A DNA stretch of 58,173 nt, from IMG/VR virus record IMGVR_UViG_3300044723_007112, positions 1 to 58,173 of that record. One strand, 5' to 3'. A model generated the notes under the pieces. It made no database searches. It saw nothing but the letters and a program-made list of their open reading frames with translations, and had not been told where the DNA came from. Made by a program: the position numbers and the translations under genes. Numbering within the stretch: the stretch's first letter is position 1; each line of letters begins with the position of its first letter. The stretch comes from a virus. Lineage: Duplodnaviria > Caudoviricetes. Below are positions 49,747 to 58,173 of the stretch, piece after piece.

Positions 49747-51375
49747 ATGGCACGAATTAATTTTCCAAGTAACCCTTCCAATGGTCAGACACTAACTGTT
49801 ACCATTGGCAGCGCTAATACTATCTACACGTATAATAGTACGTATAGCGTGTGGAGGTCACTTGGCACAGCTTCTAATATAGTATCTGGCGGCGGTGGTG
49901 CTTCTGTAACTACTTCTAATACTGCTCCATCTAGTCCAAGTGCGGGTGACCTTTGGTGGAACTCAATGGACGGCAACATGTACGTCTATTACAACGATGG
50001 TGATTCCAATCAATGGGTGCAGTCCAATCCAGCTCAGCCAGGTCCAGCCGGGCCCGCAGGTTCCGGTTCAGGTGGAACATCAGTAACCGTATACTCTAGT
50101 AACTCAGCATTTCCAACTACTGGTAACACCAGAGGAGATTTTGCATTTGCCAATAACACAAGCACACTGTACTTGTGGGATGGTTCAGAATGGGATAGAA
50201 TAGCAGCTGGTGTAGACGAAAGTCCAGTAGTTATTACAGAACCACCTTCATCCGTTACCTTGGATGGAAACGGTAGTAACAGCACTGTTACAATGCTTGC
50301 TACGGACCCTGAAGGATTTGATATAACATACGGTATCGCATATAAAAATGCCGGCAGTAACTTACCCTCACAACTACTTCAAGCTCCAGTAATTAATCAA
50401 AGCAATGGACAATATACGTTTATACCATCTAGCAATACAGATCATGCTGGAGGATTTAGAGCTAGACTTAGTGCTTCAGATGGCGCTCGTATTACTACTA
50501 GGTTAGTAGATTTTACTTTAGCCTTCGCGTTACCTGTTACATATTTGGTAGTAGGTGGCGGTGGTAGTGGTGGTAGTGGTGTATCTGGCGGTGGTGGTGG
50601 TGCCGGTGGTTTACTATATGGATCCACCTCTTTAGCTTCCAACTATACTATTCAAATCAAAGTTGGCGCTGGAGGAGCATCGACTCCAACATCTGGAGAC
50701 AATGCTGGCAACAATGGAGCTAACTCCTCTATCATTGATGCGAGCTACGCAGCTGGTACCATACTTGCATTAGGCGGTGGTGGCGGTGGCGGTGGCGGCG
50801 CCAACAATCCTGGCCGTGATGGTGGTTCAGGTGGTGGTGGTACTGGATATGATAACACCGGTGCAGTCAATGGCGTTGGGGGCGCTAACACGACTTGGGA
50901 AGCAGTGCGATATCCTGGACCGTCTCAAGGTAATGAAGGTGGTACAGGATCGTATAACGGAAGTGGCTGGGGCGGCGGTGGTGGCGGCGCCGGTGAAGAT
51001 GGTTGGTCTTATAACACCTCAACGGTGAGTGAAGGAGGTGATGGTCTTTACTACAACATTTCCGGATCAAATACAGCGTACGCTGGTGGCGGTGGTGGTG
51101 GCGGTTATAATGCCGCTGGAAAGGCCGGTGGTGTCGGCGGTGGTGGAACGGGTGGATACCGATATGGCTCAGCTACTGCTGGAACAAATAACACTGGTGG
51201 TGGTGGAGGTGGTACTGGCCAAGGCGCGGCATCTGGTGCAGGTGGTAGTGGCATTGTTATAATTAGAGCAGCTTCATCAGTATCAGCATCTTTCACCGGA
51301 GGCGGTTCCGTAGCTACTGTAGGTGCATTTAAAGTGTATACGTTTACTAGTGATGGTACCATCACTTTCTCATAG
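49747..51375 (+). CDS. MAINFP-family fibre with a glycine-rich tip (542 aa)
   Basis: RINFPSNPSNG head, GDLWW box, ATDPEG Ig-like stalk and YLVVGGGG...GGSGIVIIR. Confidence 0.8.
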   Translation: MARINFPSNPSNGQTLTVTIGSANTIYTYNSTYSVWRSLGTASNIVSGGGGASVTTSNTAPSSPSAGDLWWNSMDGNMYVYYNDGDSNQWVQSNPAQPGPAGPAGSGSGGTSVTVYSSNSAFPTTGNTRGDFAFANNTSTLYLWDGSEWDRIAAGVDESPVVITEPPSSVTLDGNGSNSTVTMLATDPEGFDITYGIAYKNAGSNLPSQLLQAPVINQSNGQYTFIPSSNTDHAGGFRARLSASDGARITTRLVDFTLAFALPVTYLVVGGGGSGGSGVSGGGGGAGGLLYGSTSLASNYTIQIKVGAGGASTPTSGDNAGNNGANSSIIDASYAAGTILALGGGGGGGGGANNPGRDGGSGGGGTGYDNTGAVNGVGGANTTWEAVRYPGPSQGNEGGTGSYNGSGWGGGGGGAGEDGWSYNTSTVSEGGDGLYYNISGSNTAYAGGGGGGGYNAAGKAGGVGGGGTGGYRYGSATAGTNNTGGGGGGTGQGAASGAGGSGIVIIRAASSVSASFTGGGSVATVGAFKVYTFTSDGTITFS

Positions 51376-51389
51376 TAGGTAAATACTAG

Positions 51390-53225
51390 ATGGCAATCAA
51401 CTTTCCAAGTAGTCCATCGGACGGCGATCAGGTAACATATTCAGGTGTTACCTACACGTACAATGCGACAAAAGGCGTGTGGACGTCATCTACTAGTTTA
51501 CTTAACGACTACCTCGAGGTTGCTAACTTACAGCCACAGCTTGATGGATATCTACAAGTAGCTAACAGTACTTCTTTTGCTACCACCGGTTCACTAGATG
51601 GATATCTACAAGTAGCTAACAGCCTATCTTTTGCATCTACTAGTTCACTAGACGCATACTTACAAGTAGCCAATGCTAACTTTGTTACCCAATCGACATT
51701 AGATGGTTATCTTCAAGTTGCCAATAGCACTTCGTTTGCTACTACTAGTTCACTAGACGCATACCTGCAAGTAGCCAACAGCACTAGCTTTGCATCTACT
51801 AGTTCACTAGACGCATACCTGCAAGTAGCTAACAGTACGAGCTTTGCATCTACAAGTGATCTTGATGCGTACTTGCAAGTAGCTAATGCTAACTTTGTTA
51901 CCCAATCGACATTAGATGGTTATCTTCAAGTAGCTAACAGTACGAGCTTTGCATCTACTAGTTCATTAGATGCCTACCTACAGGTAGCTAATGTAGCGAG
52001 TTATGCTTTTGCAAACGAGAAAGTATTTACTGTTACCAATGATGGCTCTAGCGCATATAAGTTCTATGGCGTTGGTACTGGTGCAGATGCATCTCAGGCT
52101 AACAGCAACCCTACGTTGTATTTGTCTCGTGGTGAAAAGTATACGTTTAACGTAAACGCCAGTGGTCATCCATTCTATATTAACACAACTAACTCTACTG
52201 GCACTGGTAATGCTTTTGCCAATGGCGTAATAAACAATGGTGCCGCGGTCGGTAATGTAGTGTTCACGGTGCCAATGAATGCACCAGATACTCTTCATTA
52301 TAATTGTAGTGTCCATTCATCAATGAATGGAACGATCTATGTTTTATCACAGACATCAACAGACACATCTAGCTTCCAGACTAAAGCAGATGCTACTGCA
52401 GCTAACAATGCTCTGCTGTCTTTGATACAAGATAGATTGCAAGTTGCTAATCTTCAACCGCAATTAGACCAATACGTGCAGGTAGCCAACGCAGTATCCT
52501 TAACTGCGTTTGATGTAATTACAACTGCTCCTAGTGGAAATGGTTCATTAATATACACTAGCGCAAATGGTTCGTTTACGTTTACTCCAGCTAATGCTAC
52601 TCAGGGTGGTGGCGGTGGCGTAGGTGCTTCTGTAACTGTATCAGATAGCGCACCAAGTAGTCCTTCAGCTGGTGATCTTTGGTTTGATTCTGAAGACCTT
52701 ATTCTGTATGTGTATTACGCTGATGGATCTTCTAACCAATGGGTTAAGTCAAGTCCATCAGGTGTACCATCTCCAGTAGCGTTATCTGCCTCGGCTCCAT
52801 CATCGCCCAACGCTGGCGATCTTTGGTTTGATACATCAGTACTAAAGATATACATATACTATAACGATGGTAACTCAAGTCAGTGGGTTGAGATAAACTC
52901 ACTTGCTGGTAATGAGGATACTGGCGATGCAGTTAACGTAAACTGGGTAGAAAGAACATCCAACACAACTATTACAGCTGGCGAGAAGTACATCTTAGAT
53001 ACTTCATCAGCGTTAACCATTACATTACCTGCTTCGGCATCTATTGGTGATCAGATTCGAATAATAGATGGAACTGGTAATGCAGCAACCAACAACATTA
53101 CTATTGGACGTAACGGACATAAGATTCAAGGATCTGCAGCGGACATGGTGATCGACGTAAATAGAGCAGCATTTGGGTTAGTGTATTATAACGCGACTCA
53201 AGGTTGGGTACTAACAGAAAGATAA
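51390..53225 (+). CDS. MAINFP-family linker fibre with tandem YLQVAN repeats, a cupredoxin-like domain and a C-terminal gp9/gp10-like domain (611 aa)
   Basis: Ten tandem YL(Q/E)VAN units, HYNCSVHSSM, two GDLWF boxes and LDTSSALTITLPASASIGDQIRIID...NNITIGRNG. Confidence 0.8.
   Translation: MAINFPSSPSDGDQVTYSGVTYTYNATKGVWTSSTSLLNDYLEVANLQPQLDGYLQVANSTSFATTGSLDGYLQVANSLSFASTSSLDAYLQVANANFVTQSTLDGYLQVANSTSFATTSSLDAYLQVANSTSFASTSSLDAYLQVANSTSFASTSDLDAYLQVANANFVTQSTLDGYLQVANSTSFASTSSLDAYLQVANVASYAFANEKVFTVTNDGSSAYKFYGVGTGADASQANSNPTLYLSRGEKYTFNVNASGHPFYINTTNSTGTGNAFANGVINNGAAVGNVVFTVPMNAPDTLHYNCSVHSSMNGTIYVLSQTSTDTSSFQTKADATAANNALLSLIQDRLQVANLQPQLDQYVQVANAVSLTAFDVITTAPSGNGSLIYTSANGSFTFTPANATQGGGGGVGASVTVSDSAPSSPSAGDLWFDSEDLILYVYYADGSSNQWVKSSPSGVPSPVALSASAPSSPNAGDLWFDTSVLKIYIYYNDGNSSQWVEINSLAGNEDTGDAVNVNWVERTSNTTITAGEKYILDTSSALTITLPASASIGDQIRIIDGTGNAATNNITIGRNGHKIQGSAADMVIDVNRAAFGLVYYNATQGWVLTER
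51501..51993 (+). repeat. Coding tandem repeat of ten units, mostly 51-54 bp (LDxYLQVANSTSFAxTSS)
   Basis: Visible in both DNA and protein. An exact 47-bp duplicate lies at 51672-51718 and 51885-51931. Confidence 0.9.
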
Positions 53226-53226
53226 T

Positions 53227-55674
53227 ATGGCTAATTATTCTGACATAAGATATGAAGTAACTGGAACAGATGTTTACACTGCTGTTTCAGATCTACCTCT
53301 GTCTGGAATTGCAACAGGCACCCAAGCGTTCGTATCTGGTACTAACCGACTGTATATGTGGACTGGTACTGGTTGGTACAACATTGCATTGATCAATACT
53401 GATCCAAGTATCAGTGGTGCCAATCCAACATATAATTTAAACATTGATGGTTCTAATACTGTAGTCACTCTAGCATCTACTGATCCGGAAGGGTTACCTA
53501 TTAGCTTTACGGTAAGTCACTCTGGTCTTGGTGTTGGTGCAAATGCTATCGCTACTGTTACTCAGTCTAATAATATTTTTACATTTACTCCTAGCACTAA
53601 CACAGCATTAGCTGGTACATTTACAAGCACATTTACAGCAAGTGATGGGGTCAACGTAGCCGTTGCCAATAGTTCGTTTACATTAGCGTTTATTGTTAAC
53701 AACAGCCATTTAACTAATGCTCTAATTACATCAGTTGGTGGTAACAACGCTGACAATAATGACTTTGTAGATTCGAGTACTAACAGTCACACTATTACTG
53801 CAGCAGGAAATGTAACTCAAAATACTTTCAGTCCATATCGACATGGTGGGTATTCTACTTATTTTGATGGGTCTGGGGATTATATCAGATATCAAGATGC
53901 ATCATTAGCAGAAGGTACTGATGATTTTACAGTAGAATTTTGGGTTAGAAGAGACGGAACTCAATCTAAAAATGATACAGTAGTGGGACATGATACTACT
54001 CCTGGCTATCAAATTTGTTTTAATAGTGACGGAAGCACTCTTCGATTTATGAGAGATGCAACTGACGCGTCAAGAGTTTTACCCGCCTCCTTGAATGATC
54101 AACAATGGCATCACGTAGTCTACCAAAGAGATTCGGGTACTTTACAAGGCTTTTTAGATGGAGTTTCTTTAGGTACTGCAGCTGTAAGTACTAATTTTAC
54201 CAATGACAAAATCGAAATTGGCGTGAATAGAGGAGGTACGGCGTATTTCACAGGCAATGTTCGTGATGTCCGTATTATAAAGGGTACAGCGTTTTATTCT
54301 TCGTCAGGTTTTAATGTACCAACTGAGCCTTTAACAGCAGTTTCAGGTACAGGATATTCCACAACATTACTTACGTGTCATTTACCTTACATAGCAGACG
54401 GCGGTGCTAACTCTCTATCTCCAACAGTAAACGGCAACACCAAGACGGAACCACTTGCTCCATACGATTATCAAGGATACTCATCTGGTAATCGTGGCGG
54501 GTCGATGTATTTTGATGGTACTGGGGATTATTTAACCTCTGGTACGAGTGCAAGTCTAGCTTTAGGTAGTGGCGACTTTACATTTGAATGCTGGATTTAC
54601 CCTCCATCTGCATCGGCTGCTAACTACGCAGGAATTTACTCAAACACCAGCGACGGCGCTGGCGATAGTAATGCTCTTCGATTTAGTAATTTAGGGACTG
54701 ACGCCACAACGCTCGCCGTACAAACTGCGGCATCGTCTATTTTTAACTCTACGTCTGGGGCAGTGAAGGTCGGTCAGTGGAATCATTGCGCGCTTGTTAG
54801 AAGCGGCACAGGCACTAACAACATGACGATTTATGTAAATGGTCTGGCATCAGGTTCAGGTACTAGCACTGCAAACTTCTCAACAGGTTATGCGACTATT
54901 GGCACCAACGTATATCTTGGGGTGCATTATTTGTACTCGGGTCATATCGCAGATGTAAGGGTGGTTAGTGGCACCGCAGTCTACACCTCTGCTTTCACTC
55001 CGCCTACAGCCCCATTAACTGCAGTCACTAACACATCTTTGCTTCTCAGTGGAACGAACGCTGGCATCATTGATAAGTCACAGTCTGTCAAAACGATAAC
55101 CCTAAACGGCGACGTTAAGTCGTCTACGACTCAAACGAAATATCTGTCATCGTCGATGTATTTTGATGGGACGGGGGATTACATCACGCTCTCTGATTCT
55201 GATGCTAGAGAGTTTGGCGGGGGAGATTTTACTATAGAGTTGTGGGTAAAAACTACGATTGCTACACAGTATGCAACATTGCTTTCGAGAACTCCGACCG
55301 CTTTTGGAAGCGGGATGTGGTCAATTTTAATGAATACCACTGCAAGCGGGGGTCAAGTGGGGGTTTATGTAGGCGATTATTCTACAGGGGCTAGTTTAGT
55401 TACGACTTCTGGTGCAAGTATTCGGGACGACTCTTGGCACCATGTCGCCGTAGTAAGAAATGGAAGTTCTTTTGTTTGTTACATAGATGGAACTTCAAGA
55501 GGTACTGGTTCATGGGCAGGCAGTATTACAAATATAGCTGGGGACATTTATATTGGGGCTGATCAAAATTATGGCCGAAATTGGCAAGGATATATGTCAG
55601 ACCTTCGCATCACCAAAGGCCTCGCTCGATACACAGCAAACTTTACACCACCTACAGCGGCATTGCAAGGCTAA
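53227..55674 (+). CDS. Fibre with an Ig-like stalk and three LamG-like domains (815 aa)
   Basis: Stalk nearly identical to that of 47244..49739. Three YFDG.GDY...FT.E.W...W.H units and ARYTANFTPPTA. Confidence 0.85.
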   Translation: MANYSDIRYEVTGTDVYTAVSDLPLSGIATGTQAFVSGTNRLYMWTGTGWYNIALINTDPSISGANPTYNLNIDGSNTVVTLASTDPEGLPISFTVSHSGLGVGANAIATVTQSNNIFTFTPSTNTALAGTFTSTFTASDGVNVAVANSSFTLAFIVNNSHLTNALITSVGGNNADNNDFVDSSTNSHTITAAGNVTQNTFSPYRHGGYSTYFDGSGDYIRYQDASLAEGTDDFTVEFWVRRDGTQSKNDTVVGHDTTPGYQICFNSDGSTLRFMRDATDASRVLPASLNDQQWHHVVYQRDSGTLQGFLDGVSLGTAAVSTNFTNDKIEIGVNRGGTAYFTGNVRDVRIIKGTAFYSSSGFNVPTEPLTAVSGTGYSTTLLTCHLPYIADGGANSLSPTVNGNTKTEPLAPYDYQGYSSGNRGGSMYFDGTGDYLTSGTSASLALGSGDFTFECWIYPPSASAANYAGIYSNTSDGAGDSNALRFSNLGTDATTLAVQTAASSIFNSTSGAVKVGQWNHCALVRSGTGTNNMTIYVNGLASGSGTSTANFSTGYATIGTNVYLGVHYLYSGHIADVRVVSGTAVYTSAFTPPTAPLTAVTNTSLLLSGTNAGIIDKSQSVKTITLNGDVKSSTTQTKYLSSSMYFDGTGDYITLSDSDAREFGGGDFTIELWVKTTIATQYATLLSRTPTAFGSGMWSILMNTTASGGQVGVYVGDYSTGASLVTTSGASIRDDSWHHVAVVRNGSSFVCYIDGTSRGTGSWAGSITNIAGDIYIGADQNYGRNWQGYMSDLRITKGLARYTANFTPPTAALQG

Positions 55675-55677
55675 ATT

Positions 55678-57078
55678 ATGTCTACGGTAAACTTTCCAAA
55701 CAGTCCATCAAACGGTCAAACGCTAACGACCAATACTGGGATTACGTACACATATAATTCTGCTAAGAGTCGGTGGGATGCTACTACTGGATACGTTACA
55801 GCGAGTGCGTTAGACAATTACTTGCAGGTAGCCAACGCTAGTAGTGGTTCCACAGTTACAACATATTCTTCTAACACTGTCTTTCCAAGTAGCGGTAACG
55901 CTAACGGTGCCCTAGCATTCTCAAACTCTACCGGTGACCTATTTGTATGGAATGGTAGTCAATGGGATAAGATTGCACATGGTGTAGATGAAAGTCCAGT
56001 AATTATTACAGAACCACCTTCAACACATACACTTTCTCCAACAGGCGCTAACACCACGATAACAATGTTAGCTACAGATCCTGAAGGTTTTGATGTTACT
56101 TATGGAATAGCTTATAAAAATGCTGGCAGTACATTGCCAAGTCAGTTATTACAAGCACCAACAATAAATCATAGCAATGGCGTATACACATTTACACCAA
56201 CTAGTAACACGGCGGCCGCCGGAAATTTCAGAGCTAGACTTAGTGCGTCGGATGGAGTAAGAACTACTACCAGGCTAGTTGATTTTTCATTAGGTTTTTA
56301 TATAGAGATGCTGTTAGCCGGTGGCGGTGGTGGAGGTAATGATAACGCCGGTGGCGGCGGTGGTGCTGGCGGTCTTGTTATAGATGAAAATTTCATCTAC
56401 TCTGCAGTTACATACAACATAACTGTTGGAGCGGGAGGTGCAGCTGAACAAGGGCAGGGTGATCGCGGTAACCCTGGAGGTAATACTACATTTGCATATG
56501 CCAACGGAACTATAATTTATAACGCTATGGGAGGCGGTGGTGGTGGTCCATATCCAGGACCCGATGGAACTGGCGACGGTGGTTCTGGCGGTGGTGCTGG
56601 TAGAGCTACTACTGGCCAAGAAGGTGCTTCATTACAAGCAAGTTATGGTGGAAAAGGTTTTGGTAACGCTGGTGGATCTTCGTACAGTAATGCAGGTGGT
56701 GGCGGCGGTGGTGGTGCTGGAGGTGCAGGTGGTAATGCATCGGGTGGTCCAAACGTAGCTGGTGATGGTGGTGCTGGAAAGGCGTCATCTATAACAGGAT
56801 CAAGCGTATATTATTCCCCAGGAGGTCCTGGATATGGTTACAACACATCGCCAGGAAGCTACGTAAATGGAACAGCATCTAGTTATGGTGCTGGAGGTGC
56901 CGGTGGTTTGTACAGCACTACTCCTCCTGCATATGATGGTGCGTCTGGAGTATGCATCATTGCAACTACAAGTACACCATCCTCGCTGACCGGTACATAT
57001 ACTGCCAACACTACTGCAAGACCGGGATTTACAATATACACGTGGACAAGCAACGGTAGTATTTCATTCGGGAATTAA
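55678..57078 (+). CDS. MAINFP-family fibre with a glycine-rich tip (466 aa)
   Basis: VNFPNSPSNG head, YLQVAN, a stalk paralogous to 49747..51375 (GVDESPV.ITEPPS...ATDPEGFD), and a Gly-rich C-terminal domain. Confidence 0.8.
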   Translation: MSTVNFPNSPSNGQTLTTNTGITYTYNSAKSRWDATTGYVTASALDNYLQVANASSGSTVTTYSSNTVFPSSGNANGALAFSNSTGDLFVWNGSQWDKIAHGVDESPVIITEPPSTHTLSPTGANTTITMLATDPEGFDVTYGIAYKNAGSTLPSQLLQAPTINHSNGVYTFTPTSNTAAAGNFRARLSASDGVRTTTRLVDFSLGFYIEMLLAGGGGGGNDNAGGGGGAGGLVIDENFIYSAVTYNITVGAGGAAEQGQGDRGNPGGNTTFAYANGTIIYNAMGGGGGGPYPGPDGTGDGGSGGGAGRATTGQEGASLQASYGGKGFGNAGGSSYSNAGGGGGGGAGGAGGNASGGPNVAGDGGAGKASSITGSSVYYSPGGPGYGYNTSPGSYVNGTASSYGAGGAGGLYSTTPPAYDGASGVCIIATTSTPSSLTGTYTANTTARPGFTIYTWTSNGSISFGN

Positions 57079-57080
57079 CA

Positions 57081-58173
57081 ATGGCTATCAATTTTCCAAA
57101 CAGTCCATCAGACGGCGATACAGTAACAGTAGGTACTAAGACGTACAGCTACAACGCATCTAAAGGTGTGTGGAAAGATATTGCTGGTAACGATACTACA
57201 CAGTCGACCTTAGACAATTATTTGGAGGTTGCCAATAGTTCATCGATTGGTGTTACTACTTATTCTGCTTTGTCTGATCTTCCAATGTCTGGTCAGACAA
57301 CTGGTAAGTTAGCCTTTGTATCTGGAACAAACAGGTTATACATTTGGAACGGTACCGGTTGGTACAACATTGCATTAATTAATACTAGCCCGACTATAAG
57401 TGGAGCTAGTTCATCCTATTCGTTAAATACAGATGGCTCTAATACTGTCGTAACTCTAGTAGCAAGTGACCCTGAAGGATTACCTATCAGTTTTACAGCA
57501 TCACACACAGGCCTAGGTGTAGGCGCAAACGCCATTGCTACTGTTACCCAATCTAATAATATCTTTACGTTCACCCCCACTACCAACACTGCACTGGCTG
57601 GTACGTTTACTACTACGTTTACTGCAAGTGACGGTGTTAACATAGCTGGAGCCAATAGCTCGTTTACCTTGGCATTCGCTGTTAATAATAGTAACTACAC
57701 AACTGCTTTGATTACATCTGTGGGTACTAACAACCAAGTCAATAATACTTTTGTAGATTCAAGTACTAATAGTCATACAATTACGGCAGCCGGAAATGTT
57801 ACACAAAATACTTTTAGTCCTTATCGACATGGTGGATATTCAACTTACTTTGATGGGTCTGGGGATTATCTACAAGTTCCTCAAGCCGCGGCCGCTAGAG
57901 GGACCGGCGACTATACTATTGAATGTTGGGTGTATAGTAAAACTTTTGCTAACGAAAAATTTATCTTCGATGCAAGATCGGCTGCATCACCAATTGATGA
58001 TTTTATGACTATTAACAGTAGTGGATATTTGTTCTTTAGAAGTAACGGAACAACTACAACTACTACACAACAAATGTCAGTAAATACTTGGCATCATTTT
58101 GCACAAGTACGAAATGGAAGCACACTAAAAGTTTATGTTGATGGTGTTGAAGTTGCGAGTAAAACGCAAAGTG
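57081..58173 (+). CDS. MAINFP-family LamG fibre (3'-truncated, absent from the ORF track)
   Basis: Manual translation gives MAINFPNSPSDGDTVTVG...LDNYLEVAN...GTGWYNIALINT...SPYRHGGYSTYFDGSGDY...YTIECWVY. The frame appears open to the window end. Confidence 0.85.
   Translation, partial: MAINFPNSPSDGDTVTVGTKTYSYNASKGVWKDIAGNDTTQSTLDNYLEVANSSSIGVTTYSALSDLPMSGQTTGKLAFVSGTNRLYIWNGTGWYNIALINTSPTISGASSSYSLNTDGSNTVVTLVASDPEGLPISFTASHTGLGVGANAIATVTQSNNIFTFTPTTNTALAGTFTTTFTASDGVNIAGANSSFTLAFAVNNSNYTTALITSVGTNNQVNNTFVDSSTNSHTITAAGNVTQNTFSPYRHGGYSTYFDGSGDYLQVPQAAAARGTGDYTIECWVYSKTFANEKFIFDARSAASPIDDFMTINSSGYLFFRSNGTTTTTTQQMSVNTWHHFAQVRNGSTLKVYVDGVEVASKTQS

Noticed and set aside
51501-51993. Regularly spaced DNA repeats resembling a CRISPR array
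   Set aside because: The units are in-frame coding repeats with synonymous variation. The 'spacers' are themselves repeated and there are no cas genes.
1-58173. Stop-codon reassignment
   Set aside because: TAA, TAG and TGA all end genes at sensible positions, and the core genes are intact in the standard code.

Overview
This window is the late (virion) region of a large T4-like myovirus of the marine 'far-T4'/cyanophage-like type. Almost every gene is on the + strand and uses the standard genetic code. The order is: gp6 (partial), gp7 and gp8 baseplate wedge genes; a 1865-aa VrlC/DUF4815-like protein; an accessory island at about 11.2-24.4 kb; gp13-gp14-gp15-gp16-gp17-gp18-gp19, a 140-aa ORF and gp20; then at least 24.5 kb of modular fibre/adhesin genes where gp21-gp23 would normally follow. 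The island has two parallel units, each an anchor protein plus a low-complexity repeat protein (Gly-Asn-Pro, or [YF]xGxx[QE]) followed by tailoring enzymes. In total there are four 2OG-Fe(II) oxygenase-like, three glycosyltransferase-like and one radical SAM/SPASM gene. This is the best candidate for an undescribed system, namely phage-encoded hydroxylation and glycosylation of its own fibres (inference). The fibre array is built from reused modules: MAINFP head, GDLW box, YLQVAN repeats, Ig-like stalk, LamG or Gly-rich tips, and cupredoxin-like domains. Several T4 late promoters and unusual hairpins are visible. All product calls come from motif recognition and synteny, not database searches. 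No tRNA, CRISPR array, reverse transcriptase or mobile element was seen.
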